Shown piece by piece: positions 11,050 through 19,291 of a stretch of DNA of 64,000 bases. Under the pieces are notes generated by a model. That model was not told the origin of the DNA, made no database searches, and was given only the letters and a program-made list of their open reading frames with translations. How positions within the stretch are numbered: the stretch's first letter is position 1; each line of letters opens with the position of its first letter. Origin of the DNA: Candidatus Binatia bacterium (GTDB lineage Bacteria > Desulfobacterota > Binatia > UBA9968 > CAXXLF01); contig CAXXLF010000002.1 of the NCBI GenBank assembly GCA_963664015.2, positions 1,152,001 to 1,216,000 on the forward strand, read 5' to 3'. The position numbers and the translations under genes are program-made.

Positions 11050-11850
11050 TCATGACCACCGGGTTTTCGGTTTTGGAACGAGTTCACCTTCCACATAGAG
11101 TGCGTCAAGCCGCTCGTTGAGAAAGCAGACCTTTCCCGCAATAAACGCGCATTCCTTCGTTGGGTAGGTATAAGACCACGCGACATCCGGGACGACCCTG
11201 CCTCCCACCGCCACGGAATAATACCGCGCGTTTCCCTTGTAGGGACAATGGGAAACCGTCTCGCTGGGCTGCAAGAGGTCCATGCGCACATCAACCTTGG
11301 GTAAGTAATACCGAATGGGATGGTTCGGCTCGAAAAGAATAGCCGGTTCCTTCGAATCCCCAACAGTTTCCCCGGCAACAACCACCTTCACATGGCGCGA
11401 GCTGCCAAGGACATCCACCCTTTTAAAGGGGTCCCGTGCGTGACCAAAGACCTCCTCCCTTTCCTCGAACCAACCATCCATCTGGTTCCATTCAAAGGCC
11501 ATATACCCTCTGAGGAAAGAGGTTTCAGCTAGCGATGTCGAAAAGCTCCATGCGGAGTTTTCCGCCGTCTTTCCTTTAACGTCAATGGTCCACCAAGCCG
11601 CTTCACCCTTGTCGGGAGATGCAGTTTTTCGATCTGTGGGTCGAAGGAATTCCATGCGTACGTCTTCTATGGAAAAGTAGTACACTGGCGGTCCACCTTC
11701 ACGGAGTAAATAAGCACGCTTGGTATCCGCAATGGCCTCCCCTCCCCAAAATGCCCGGACCCACTTCGGGCTCTGTACCCACCGGGGAGCCGGTGCGCTA
11801 ATCAGTCTACCCGAATCGTCGACCGCCGACATAGGCAACCTCCTCATCAA
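11050..11850 (-). CDS. Tandem DUF427 domain protein
   Basis: Two repeats of YY..DVRM...T..(C)P.KG.A..AWS. Linker WFEEREEVFGHARDPFKRVD. Confidence 0.88.
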   Translation of the reverse strand: MMRRLPMSAVDDSGRLISAPAPRWVQSPKWVRAFWGGEAIADTKRAYLLREGGPPVYYFSIEDVRMEFLRPTDRKTASPDKGEAAWWTIDVKGKTAENSAWSFSTSLAETSFLRGYMAFEWNQMDGWFEEREEVFGHARDPFKRVDVLGSSRHVKVVVAGETVGDSKEPAILFEPNHPIRYYLPKVDVRMDLLQPSETVSHCPYKGNARYYSVAVGGRVVPDVAWSYTYPTKECAFIAGKVCFLNERLDALYVEGELVPKPKTRWS

Positions 11851-11920
11851 TGGATGTTAACTCACTATATATGCCAACTCGGGTGGATCGGCAACCTTAG
11901 CCGGCGGTCGGAGGCAAGAA

Positions 11921-12240
11921 GCAAAAAGTAAAAAGGTAAAAGTTAAAACGAGGATGGAAGATTGAGGGTAGAGAATCGCGAAATTCAGAAGATTGCAAAG
12001 GGGAAAGGGCATAGCGCGAACAACTGACTACGAACGACAGGACTACTCGAGAAGAGTAAGACAGTAGGCAGGAGGAAAACGGCAAAGCGTAAAGGGCATG
12101 GCGCAAAGCCGGATGGAAGAAGGAAATACTAGTCAATAGGCAGAGAGCAAGCACAAGAAGCTGTCAGTTTTCGGTAAGAAGGTTAGAGGCAAGAATACTG
12201 GGAACGAAGAGGAAATGAGTAATGGCTAAAGCAGGAGGAT
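11921..12240 (+). repeat. Purine-rich mosaic of short 7-nt repeat blocks (R1)
   Basis: 11925-12002 is 75/78 identical to 14744-14821. Blocks of TAAAAGG, GAGGATG/GAAGATT, GACTAC, CAGTAGG and GCATGGC/GCAAAGC types. Confidence 0.85.
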
Positions 12241-12270
12241 TTGACACCAGACTGGAGGTTAGTCTACAAG
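12241..12270 (+). promoter_or_regulatory. Putative sigma70 promoter of cupin A
   Basis: TTGACA-18bp-TACAAG. An equivalent TTGATA-18bp-TACAAA precedes cupin B. Confidence 0.5.
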
Positions 12271-12311
12271 TGACTCTTAATTCGTTACACATATTTTAAG
12301 GAGACACCGCT

Positions 12312-13394
12312 ATGGCCGCACCAAGATGGAACGTTCTCTTCTTCGAAGATTGGGTCGCAAAGGAAGGCCTGGACCTGATCCGCGGGACGATCGTAAAAAA
12401 CGTTTACACCGAACCGCTGAAGCCCTGGAAGCGCACGGGAGGTAGCGGGGTAATGATCCAGCTGGACGGCACCGGCGACATGGACGCCGCCTACATTTGC
12501 GAGATCCCGGCAGGCGGCGAGCTCAAGCCCGAGAAGCACTTTTACGAAGACCTGATCTATGTCCTCAAAGGAAGCGGCAGCACCAGTGTGTGGTACGAAG
12601 GCCAAAAGAAGAACCACTTCGAGTGGCAGGCGGGGAGCCTATTTACCTTACCTCTCAACGCCTGGTACCAGCACTTCAACGGTTCCGGCAGCGAGCCTGC
12701 TCGATTCATCGCAGTCACGACGGCACCGATCATGATGAACCTCATCCGCAACGAGGACTACATCTTCAACAACCCGGCGGTTTTCCCGGAACGGTACAAC
12801 AGCGAGGACGACTACTTCTCGGGGAAGATCAAATGGGAGACCTTCACCGCATGGGAGAAACCCCTATCCCTGGCCTTTAGCAACTTCATTGCCGACATCA
12901 ATGAAATCCCGTTTCGTGAATCTGCCAGAAATAATATGAAAAGTATGAGCTGGGAGTTGGGCAACGGGGTCCTCGGCTCCCACTCGTCCATCTTCGTACC
13001 GGGCACCTTTACCAACGTTCACCGGCACGGTCCGGGAGACCATGTGTTGTGGATCGCCGGTGAAGGGTACTCGATCATGTGGCCCGAGGGCGGGAAAAAG
13101 CTAAAGGAAGACTGGGGTCCGGGGTCCATCATTGTGCCTCCTTCCTGGTGGTGGCACGGCCATGCGGTGACAAGCGACGAACCTGCCCAATACATCGCCC
13201 TAAAACTTAGCAGCAAGCGGAACAAGATTCACCGGCAGAGCCATGGCACGATGCGAAGCACGCGCACGGGCGGCAACATGCTTAACTTCGAGGACATGCC
13301 GAAGGGGCTTTTGAAGGAGATGACGGATATGTTCGCTGCTGAATGCGCTAAGCGGGGCACCAAACCCCGGATGCAGTGGGTCACGGGAGGATGA
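12312..13394 (+). CDS. Bicupin protein (gentisate 1,2-dioxygenase-like fold), paralog A
   Basis: EKHFYEDLIYVLKGSG...WYQHFN and HRHGPGDH...WWWHGH cupin motifs. AGGAG SD. Confidence 0.85.
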   Translation: MAAPRWNVLFFEDWVAKEGLDLIRGTIVKNVYTEPLKPWKRTGGSGVMIQLDGTGDMDAAYICEIPAGGELKPEKHFYEDLIYVLKGSGSTSVWYEGQKKNHFEWQAGSLFTLPLNAWYQHFNGSGSEPARFIAVTTAPIMMNLIRNEDYIFNNPAVFPERYNSEDDYFSGKIKWETFTAWEKPLSLAFSNFIADINEIPFRESARNNMKSMSWELGNGVLGSHSSIFVPGTFTNVHRHGPGDHVLWIAGEGYSIMWPEGGKKLKEDWGPGSIIVPPSWWWHGHAVTSDEPAQYIALKLSSKRNKIHRQSHGTMRSTRTGGNMLNFEDMPKGLLKEMTDMFAAECAKRGTKPRMQWVTGG

Positions 13395-13399
13395 TGGGG

Positions 13400-13560
13400 G
13401 AAAGGACAAATGTATAAGGTAAAACGAGGATGGAAGATTGAAGATGGACGACGGACTACAGGACTACTAGATCGAAGTAAGACAGTACGCAGAGAGCAGG
13501 GAGAGAAGTCGTCAGTTATCAGTGTTCAGTAATCAGTTATAGGTTAAGAAGCAAGTAGTC
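13400..13560 (+). repeat. 7-nt repeat mosaic (R2)
   Basis: AAAACGAGGATGGAAGATTGA, GACTACAGGACTAC, GTAAGACAGTA, CAGAGAGCAGGGAG and CAGTTAT/CAGTAAT blocks in the same order as R1 and R3. Confidence 0.8.
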
Positions 13561-13652
13561 GAGCGATGACAGATTTGCGTTCATTTGATACGATAGCGAT
13601 CGCGGGTTTACAAAGAGCGCGTAGCCAATCAATAGAGTAAGGAGACTCCCCT

Positions 13653-14738
13653 ATGGCCGCACCGAGATGGAATGTTCTCTTCTTCGAAGATTGGGTCGCG
13701 AAGGAAGGCCTGGACCTGATCCGGGGAACGATCGTGAAAAATGCCTACACCCAGCCGCTGAAACCCTGGAAACGTACTGGTGGCAACGGTGTAATGATAC
13801 AGCTCGACGGCACCGGGGACCTGGACGCGGCCTATATATGCGAGATCCCGGCGGGCGGGGAGCTCAAGCCAGAGAAACACTTTTACGAAGACTTGATCTA
13901 CGTCCTCAAAGGAAGCGGTAGCACCAGCGTGTGGTACGAGGGTCAGAAGAAAAACCACTTCGAATGGCAGACGGGGAGCCTCTTTACCTTACCCCTCAAC
14001 GCCTGGTTTCAGCACTTCAACGGTTCCGGCAGCGATCCCGCCCGGTTCATAGCGGTCACGACGGCTCCGATCATGATGAACCTCATCCGCAACGAGGATT
14101 ACATTTTCAATAACCCGGCGGTTTTCCCGGAACGATACAACAGCGAGGAAGACTACTTCTCGGGAAAGATCAAATGGGAGACTTTTACCGCCTGGGAAAA
14201 GCCCCTATCCCTGGCCTTCAGCAACTTCATTTCCGACATCAACGGAATACCGTATCGGGAATCATCCAGGGGCGGCCCCATCCGAAGCATGAGCTGGGAG
14301 CTGGGCAACGGGGTCCTAGGCTCCCACAGCACCATCTTCCCCGGGGGCACCTTCAGCAACATCCACCGTCATGGACCGGGAGATCATGTCCTGTGGCTGA
14401 CCGGCGAGGGATACTCGATCATGTGGCCCGAGGATGGTGAAAAGCTAAAGGAAAATTGGGGGCCAGGGTCCGTGATCGTGCCTCCTTCCTGGTGGTGGCA
14501 CGGCCACGCGGTAACGAGCGAAGAGCCCGCCCAGGATCTCGCCCTTAAGCTCAGCAGCAAGCGGAACAAGATTCACCGGCAGAGCCACGGCACCATGAGG
14601 AGCACGCGGACGGGGGGCAACATGCTGAACTTCGAAGACATGCCGAAGGAGCTTTTGGAGGAAATGAATCAGATGTTTATCGATGAATGCGCCAAGCGCG
14701 GCACCAAGCCGAACCTTCCGTGGATCGCGGGGGGATGA
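13653..14738 (+). CDS. Bicupin protein, paralog B
   Basis: Near-identical to 12312-13394 over most of its length. Confidence 0.85.
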   Translation: MAAPRWNVLFFEDWVAKEGLDLIRGTIVKNAYTQPLKPWKRTGGNGVMIQLDGTGDLDAAYICEIPAGGELKPEKHFYEDLIYVLKGSGSTSVWYEGQKKNHFEWQTGSLFTLPLNAWFQHFNGSGSDPARFIAVTTAPIMMNLIRNEDYIFNNPAVFPERYNSEEDYFSGKIKWETFTAWEKPLSLAFSNFISDINGIPYRESSRGGPIRSMSWELGNGVLGSHSTIFPGGTFSNIHRHGPGDHVLWLTGEGYSIMWPEDGEKLKENWGPGSVIVPPSWWWHGHAVTSEEPAQDLALKLSSKRNKIHRQSHGTMRSTRTGGNMLNFEDMPKELLEEMNQMFIDECAKRGTKPNLPWIAGG

Positions 14739-14743
14739 TTGGG

Positions 14744-14950
14744 AAAGTAAAAAGGAAAAAGTTAAGACGAGGATGGAAGATTGAGGGTAGAGAATCGCGA
14801 AATGCAGAAGATTGCAAAGGGCATAACCCAATGCGCCTGGTGCAGACCACTGACTACGGACAACAGGACTACCCGGAAGGAGTAAAAAAAGTAGGCAGAG
14901 GCAGGGAGCAGACAGAGCAGTCGCCAGTAATCAGTTTTCAGTCAAGAAAA
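14744..14950 (+). repeat. 7-nt repeat mosaic (R3)
   Basis: Starts 6 nt after the cupin B stop. Shares the 78-nt head with R1 and the block order with R2. Confidence 0.85.
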
Positions 14951-14995
14951 ATCTGCAACACCGTGGGCGTGCATGGTCGGCATTCAGGAATGTGG

Positions 14996-15607
14996 CTACT
15001 CCCTTTTAAATCCGCCGAAGAGGCTGCGTCTTTCGTCTTGCCAAAAACAATTTACGTCGACAAATCCGGCCTGTCCGAGCCACGACAATTGGTCTTCCAA
15101 TGGAGAACCCAGCCGGTCAAAGTTGAGAAAGCACCCGCCATCCTTGACCAAGGATAATATCTCCTCGTAAATGGCTTGGATCACTTTCGGATCGCGCACG
15201 TTGTGGATCGCTATGGCTGACACGACGGCTTCAAAAGGTCCGGCAATTCCTTGACTCCATCCCGATTTGCTAAAGTCACACTGGGCGTAGGCGAAACGTC
15301 CATCATAAGAAGCCATACGCTCATGGCCTAGCCTGATCATCTCTTGAGACCCGTCCTGGCACAGGACCGTAGCATTGGGAAATTTTTCAAGCAGAGACTG
15401 TGTCAACGCACCGTATCCCGCGCCAACGTCCAGAATTTTCATGGGAATCCCCTTGTCGAAAGGAATGGTGTCGGCCAACAGATTAAAGGCCTCCGCCCGG
15501 TCGTGCTCTTTTTTATCCTGTCCATCGGCCCAGCCCGAAACATACTCGGTCGATGCCCAATCGTGGTCGTCGTGGCGATGACCCGAGAATGGTGATGACT
15601 GTGCCAT
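14996..15607 (-). CDS. Class I SAM-dependent methyltransferase
   Basis: ILDVGAGYG motif I, DGSQEM, FEAVVSAIAIHN, LVKDGGCFLNFD. Confidence 0.88.
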   Translation of the reverse strand: MAQSSPFSGHRHDDHDWASTEYVSGWADGQDKKEHDRAEAFNLLADTIPFDKGIPMKILDVGAGYGALTQSLLEKFPNATVLCQDGSQEMIRLGHERMASYDGRFAYAQCDFSKSGWSQGIAGPFEAVVSAIAIHNVRDPKVIQAIYEEILSLVKDGGCFLNFDRLGSPLEDQLSWLGQAGFVDVNCFWQDERRSLFGGFKRE

Positions 15608-15697
15608 TTAGGATCTCCTTGTAAACAGCATGGCGCTAATAGCTATCAGCAGTCAGCTTTCAGCTCTTAGCTAGCCGTGACGACAAACAAAAGACAC

Positions 15698-16139
15698 TTA
15701 ACCGCAGATTTACGCCGATTTAAACCAGGTCTCTCTTCTTGGCCTCAAATTCTTCTTTGTTGATTTCTCCCCGGGTGTACCGCTCGCGAAGAATGCCTAT
15801 CGCAGCGTCAGACCGGGGCTCTTTCCCCTGGCCCAGAAGCCATCGTATCCCGACTATCACACCGACGATCAATAGCCCCCAGAACAGCACCACCATGATC
15901 ATCATGCCGAATCCCCAGGTCCCCCACCACATGGGGCGCATTCCCCAACCGGGCCCATCCGGGCGAGGCTGAGCCAAGGGCGCCAAGACAAACAAAAGAA
16001 TGCCTCTTCTAGTGACTAGGTTATTTGCCCAATCGTCGTCTCCAGATTGAGCAAAACTTCTTCCCTCTGCGTGCTCTGCGTCTCTGCGGCAAAATGTCCG
16101 TATGCTTATCTGCGACAATCTGCGTAAATCTGCGGTTAA
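15698..16139. repeat. 23-bp inverted repeat pair (9-nt unit type) enclosing the SHOCT gene
   Basis: TTAACCGCAGATTTACGCCGATT (15698-15720) matches the reverse complement of AATCTGCGTAAATCTGCGGTTAA (16117-16139) at 22/23. Confidence 0.85.
15720..15941 (-). CDS. SHOCT-domain small membrane protein (start uncertain)
   Basis: WGFGMMIMVVLFWGLLIVGVIVGIRWL TM helix plus ILRERYTRGEINKEEFEAKKRDL SHOCT. The upstream part of the called ORF runs into repeat DNA. Confidence 0.8.
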   Translation of the reverse strand: MRPMWWGTWGFGMMIMVVLFWGLLIVGVIVGIRWLLGQGKEPRSDAAIGILRERYTRGEINKEEFEAKKRDLV

Positions 16140-16218
16140 TTTCCTTAGTCTTTAGTACTGTTGTCGGTTGTCAGTAGTCTTCACCTGACGCTTTGCGCCA
16201 TGCGCCTTGCTGCCCCCT

Positions 16219-17475
16219 CTACTTCGATCCCGCGTATGCCTCTACTTGCTGCCACACCCTAAGGACGTTCTCTGAACTTATCTTTTTGATGTCGTTTTCG
16301 CTATAGCCACGCTCAAGCAGAACACGAAACAAATTGGGATACATGGAAGCGTCCTTGAGACCTGTGGGCAGGGTATTTCCTAGACCGTCAAAATCGGACC
16401 CCAGGCCAACGTGGTCTATGCCAGCCAGCTTCACTACATGGTCGATGTGGTCTGCCACCACCTCCACCGTGGAGAACTTGAACGGATGGATTTTGTCATA
16501 TTCCTTCCTAAATGCCCTGACCCTGGGGTCTCGGCCGGTGATCTTGTTGATCCTTCTGAAGGCGCGAATGGTGTTCCGCCGCGCCACGTACTGCTGGTTG
16601 AAGACCTTTTCAATGAAACCGGAGCCAAAGTTGATCATGATCACTCCCCCCTTCTCGGCCAGGCGCTTGATCATCCCATCGCTCATGTTACGGTGCCAGC
16701 CGGGAGTGAACTTGCGGGCGGAGGAATGAGTGGCCACGACCGGGGTCCGGCTCAACTTCACCACCTGGTAGAATGTATCGTCGGACACATGGGAGACGTC
16801 GATGATGATACCGAGTCGGTTCATCTCGGCTACGACCTTTTCCCCGAAAGGACTGAGTCCCTTCCAGGTACGGTGATCATCGTAGGAAGAGTCGCAGATT
16901 CGGTTATTTTCCGAGTGGGTCAGGGTCACATACCGTACTCCCCGTCTGTAGAAGTGACCAAGATTTTTTAGATCCCCTTCGATGGCAGCACCGTTTTCGA
17001 TACCCATGGGCAATGAAACCTTGCCGGCTGCAAAGTTCCGTTTAACATCAGCCACCGAATGGGCAGGAGCAAATTTATTCGGCCCCGATCGGATGATTTT
17101 CTCAACGATATCGATCAGATCATCGGCTAAGGCCTTAGCCCCGCCCTGCTTTTGGTACCGCGCCGGCACATAGATGGACATGAACGGCGCGTCCAGACCA
17201 CCGGTCGCCGCACGAGGGTAATCGAATTCGCCTTTGGGCGTCCGCTCGAGGACGTTTTCCGTGAGTTTTTTGTCTTTGTCCCTGGAACGATACAACCGAT
17301 AAGGAAGATCGATATGACCGTCCACGATGATTAAGCGCTTGGCCAATTCCCGGGCTCTAGTATCCGAGGCGAATTTGACGCCTAGGTCCTCCGCCGCGAT
17401 GGATGTTCGTGGGTAGAGGCCGCATAAACCGACCAGAATCAACGCAGAAAAAATGGCTGTTCCGATTCTTCGCAT
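16219..17475 (-). CDS. Membrane dipeptidase (peptidase M19), exported
   Basis: Signal peptide, IVDGHIDLP, MGIENG, IIDVSHVSD, ATHSS, HVGLGSDFDG. Confidence 0.93.
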   Translation of the reverse strand: MRRIGTAIFSALILVGLCGLYPRTSIAAEDLGVKFASDTRARELAKRLIIVDGHIDLPYRLYRSRDKDKKLTENVLERTPKGEFDYPRAATGGLDAPFMSIYVPARYQKQGGAKALADDLIDIVEKIIRSGPNKFAPAHSVADVKRNFAAGKVSLPMGIENGAAIEGDLKNLGHFYRRGVRYVTLTHSENNRICDSSYDDHRTWKGLSPFGEKVVAEMNRLGIIIDVSHVSDDTFYQVVKLSRTPVVATHSSARKFTPGWHRNMSDGMIKRLAEKGGVIMINFGSGFIEKVFNQQYVARRNTIRAFRRINKITGRDPRVRAFRKEYDKIHPFKFSTVEVVADHIDHVVKLAGIDHVGLGSDFDGLGNTLPTGLKDASMYPNLFRVLLERGYSENDIKKISSENVLRVWQQVEAYAGSK

Positions 17476-17594
17476 GGAGGCTCCTTTCGCCGTTTGCCCT
17501 ACGGTAGATCCTCTGGTTGAATCAGTTACAACTCACGCCAAGGGCGGCAGTATAGCCGCTCCCCCTGAAGAAGAAAAGGGAGAGAACTATCATC

Positions 17595-19238
17595 GTGGCA
17601 ACATCATTTGACCGAAGTGTCGATATTATCGTGGTTGGAACGGGCGCGGCCGCCTCCGTTGCGGCTATCGAGGCCGAGGATCGAGGCAATCAGGTTCTGA
17701 TGATCGAAAAGGCCCCAATCTACGGGGGAACCACAAGGATCTCCGCCGGCGGGATTTGGATTCCCAACAATCGATTTCTCCAGGAGCAAGAGGTGGGGGA
17801 CCCGAAGGAGGATTGCATAAAATTCATGGCGCGGGCATCGTATCCTGTAAGCTTTCATCCCTCACCATCACGCTACGGACTTTCTCAAACAGAATACGCC
17901 CTGCTGGAGACCTTCTATGATAACGGTTCCAGGATGCTCGATGCCATGATGGACGGCGCTGGGCTCACTCTGTCCGGCGGGGACATTCAAAACGGCAGGT
18001 CAAGTTATTATCACTACCCGGAGGATAAAGTCCCGCGAGGCAGGGGAATCAGGACTGTCAATTCGGACGGCACTCTGGCCCGGGGATCCGATCTGATCGA
18101 TCAGTTGCAGAGTGAGGTCAAGCGTCGCGGGATCCCTGTTATTTTAAATACCAAGGCACAGCGGATCCTCCAAAACCCCGCTGGGGAGGTCATTGGGGTC
18201 GAAGCGGCTTCAAGCCATAGCAGTACTCCCCTGTGTCTTGGGGCGAGAAAAGGGGTGATCTTCGGCACCGGCGGCTTTGCACACAATTCCGAGTTGAAGC
18301 AAAAATTGTCAGATCGGCCCACCTTCGGGAGTTGTGCCGTCAAGGAAAGCGAGGGCGACTTTCTACTAATGGCACGGGCCGTTGGTGCCGATCTGGAAGG
18401 TCCCGCCCACGGCTGGTGGGCGGAGGTCGTCTTGGAGGAGGCCCTTGCGGGACCTATAACCAATGACGTCTGGGTTCCACCGGGAGACAGCATGATCGTT
18501 GTCAATCGATACGGGTTGCGGGTGGTCAGCGAAAAGCTCGCGTACCATGTACGCACACCGGTCCATTTCCAATGGGATCCAGTGAGGGGTGAATTTCCCA
18601 ACCTGGTTTTGTTCATGATCTACGATCAACGAACCGCTGAAAAGTTTAGCCGATCGGCAGGAGTGAGCTATCCCTTACTGGCCCCCGACGCACCCTATGT
18701 CATCACTGGTTACACCCTGGAAGAGCTGACGGTGACCTTACAGGCAAAGCTGGTCAAAATCGGGGACCTTCCGTCAGGCCCGACGCTTTCATTGGCGGAG
18801 CAGTTCACCGGGTCTCTGCGCCAGTCGATCCAAACGTTCAACGGATATGCCCGAAACGGTGTGGATCCGGACTTTCACCGGGGAGAGATCCCCATTGAAA
18901 CGGACCTGTACCTTGATCAGGGAGGCGCGAACGCGGGCAATCGATTTCCCAACCAAACCATGCATCCCGTGTCGGATCAGGGCCCATACCACTGCATTAT
19001 CCTGGCGGCCGGTCTACTGGACACCCACGGGGGACCGAAAATCGATTCTCACGCGCAGGTCCTGGATTCCTCTGGGAAGCTCATCCCAGGGCTGTACGGT
19101 GCCGGGAACTGCGTCCAGGGACCGGCCGGGAAGGCGTACTGGGGGCCTGGGGCGACCCTCGGCCTGGCCATGACATTCGGCTACGTGGCCGCCGTGAGTG
19201 CATCCGAAGCCCCACGGAAAGAGGCGCTCACCCTTTGA
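17595..19238 (+). CDS. FAD-dependent oxidoreductase (FAD_binding_2; 3-ketosteroid dehydrogenase/fumarate reductase-like)
   Basis: IIVVGTGAAA, GGTTRISAGGIWIPNN, GVIFGTGGF, DTHGGP, IPGLYGAGN, YWGPGATLG. Confidence 0.88.
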   Translation: MATSFDRSVDIIVVGTGAAASVAAIEAEDRGNQVLMIEKAPIYGGTTRISAGGIWIPNNRFLQEQEVGDPKEDCIKFMARASYPVSFHPSPSRYGLSQTEYALLETFYDNGSRMLDAMMDGAGLTLSGGDIQNGRSSYYHYPEDKVPRGRGIRTVNSDGTLARGSDLIDQLQSEVKRRGIPVILNTKAQRILQNPAGEVIGVEAASSHSSTPLCLGARKGVIFGTGGFAHNSELKQKLSDRPTFGSCAVKESEGDFLLMARAVGADLEGPAHGWWAEVVLEEALAGPITNDVWVPPGDSMIVVNRYGLRVVSEKLAYHVRTPVHFQWDPVRGEFPNLVLFMIYDQRTAEKFSRSAGVSYPLLAPDAPYVITGYTLEELTVTLQAKLVKIGDLPSGPTLSLAEQFTGSLRQSIQTFNGYARNGVDPDFHRGEIPIETDLYLDQGGANAGNRFPNQTMHPVSDQGPYHCIILAAGLLDTHGGPKIDSHAQVLDSSGKLIPGLYGAGNCVQGPAGKAYWGPGATLGLAMTFGYVAAVSASEAPRKEALTL

Positions 19239-19291
19239 ATGGGATGGTTTCAACTTGAAGCTGCATACCAGCCGGTTCAAAACCGCCACGG

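Noticed and set aside
11897-12154. 85-aa hydrophobic ORF on the minus strand (also 14445-14831 and 14687-15157)
   Set aside because: These are translations of the heptamer mosaics and antisense overlaps, with no recognisable family.
11921-14950. R1-R3 as a CRISPR array or integron attC sites
   Set aside because: There is no constant repeat with unique spacers, no palindromic RYYYAAC/GTTRRRY attC structure, and no cas or intI gene.
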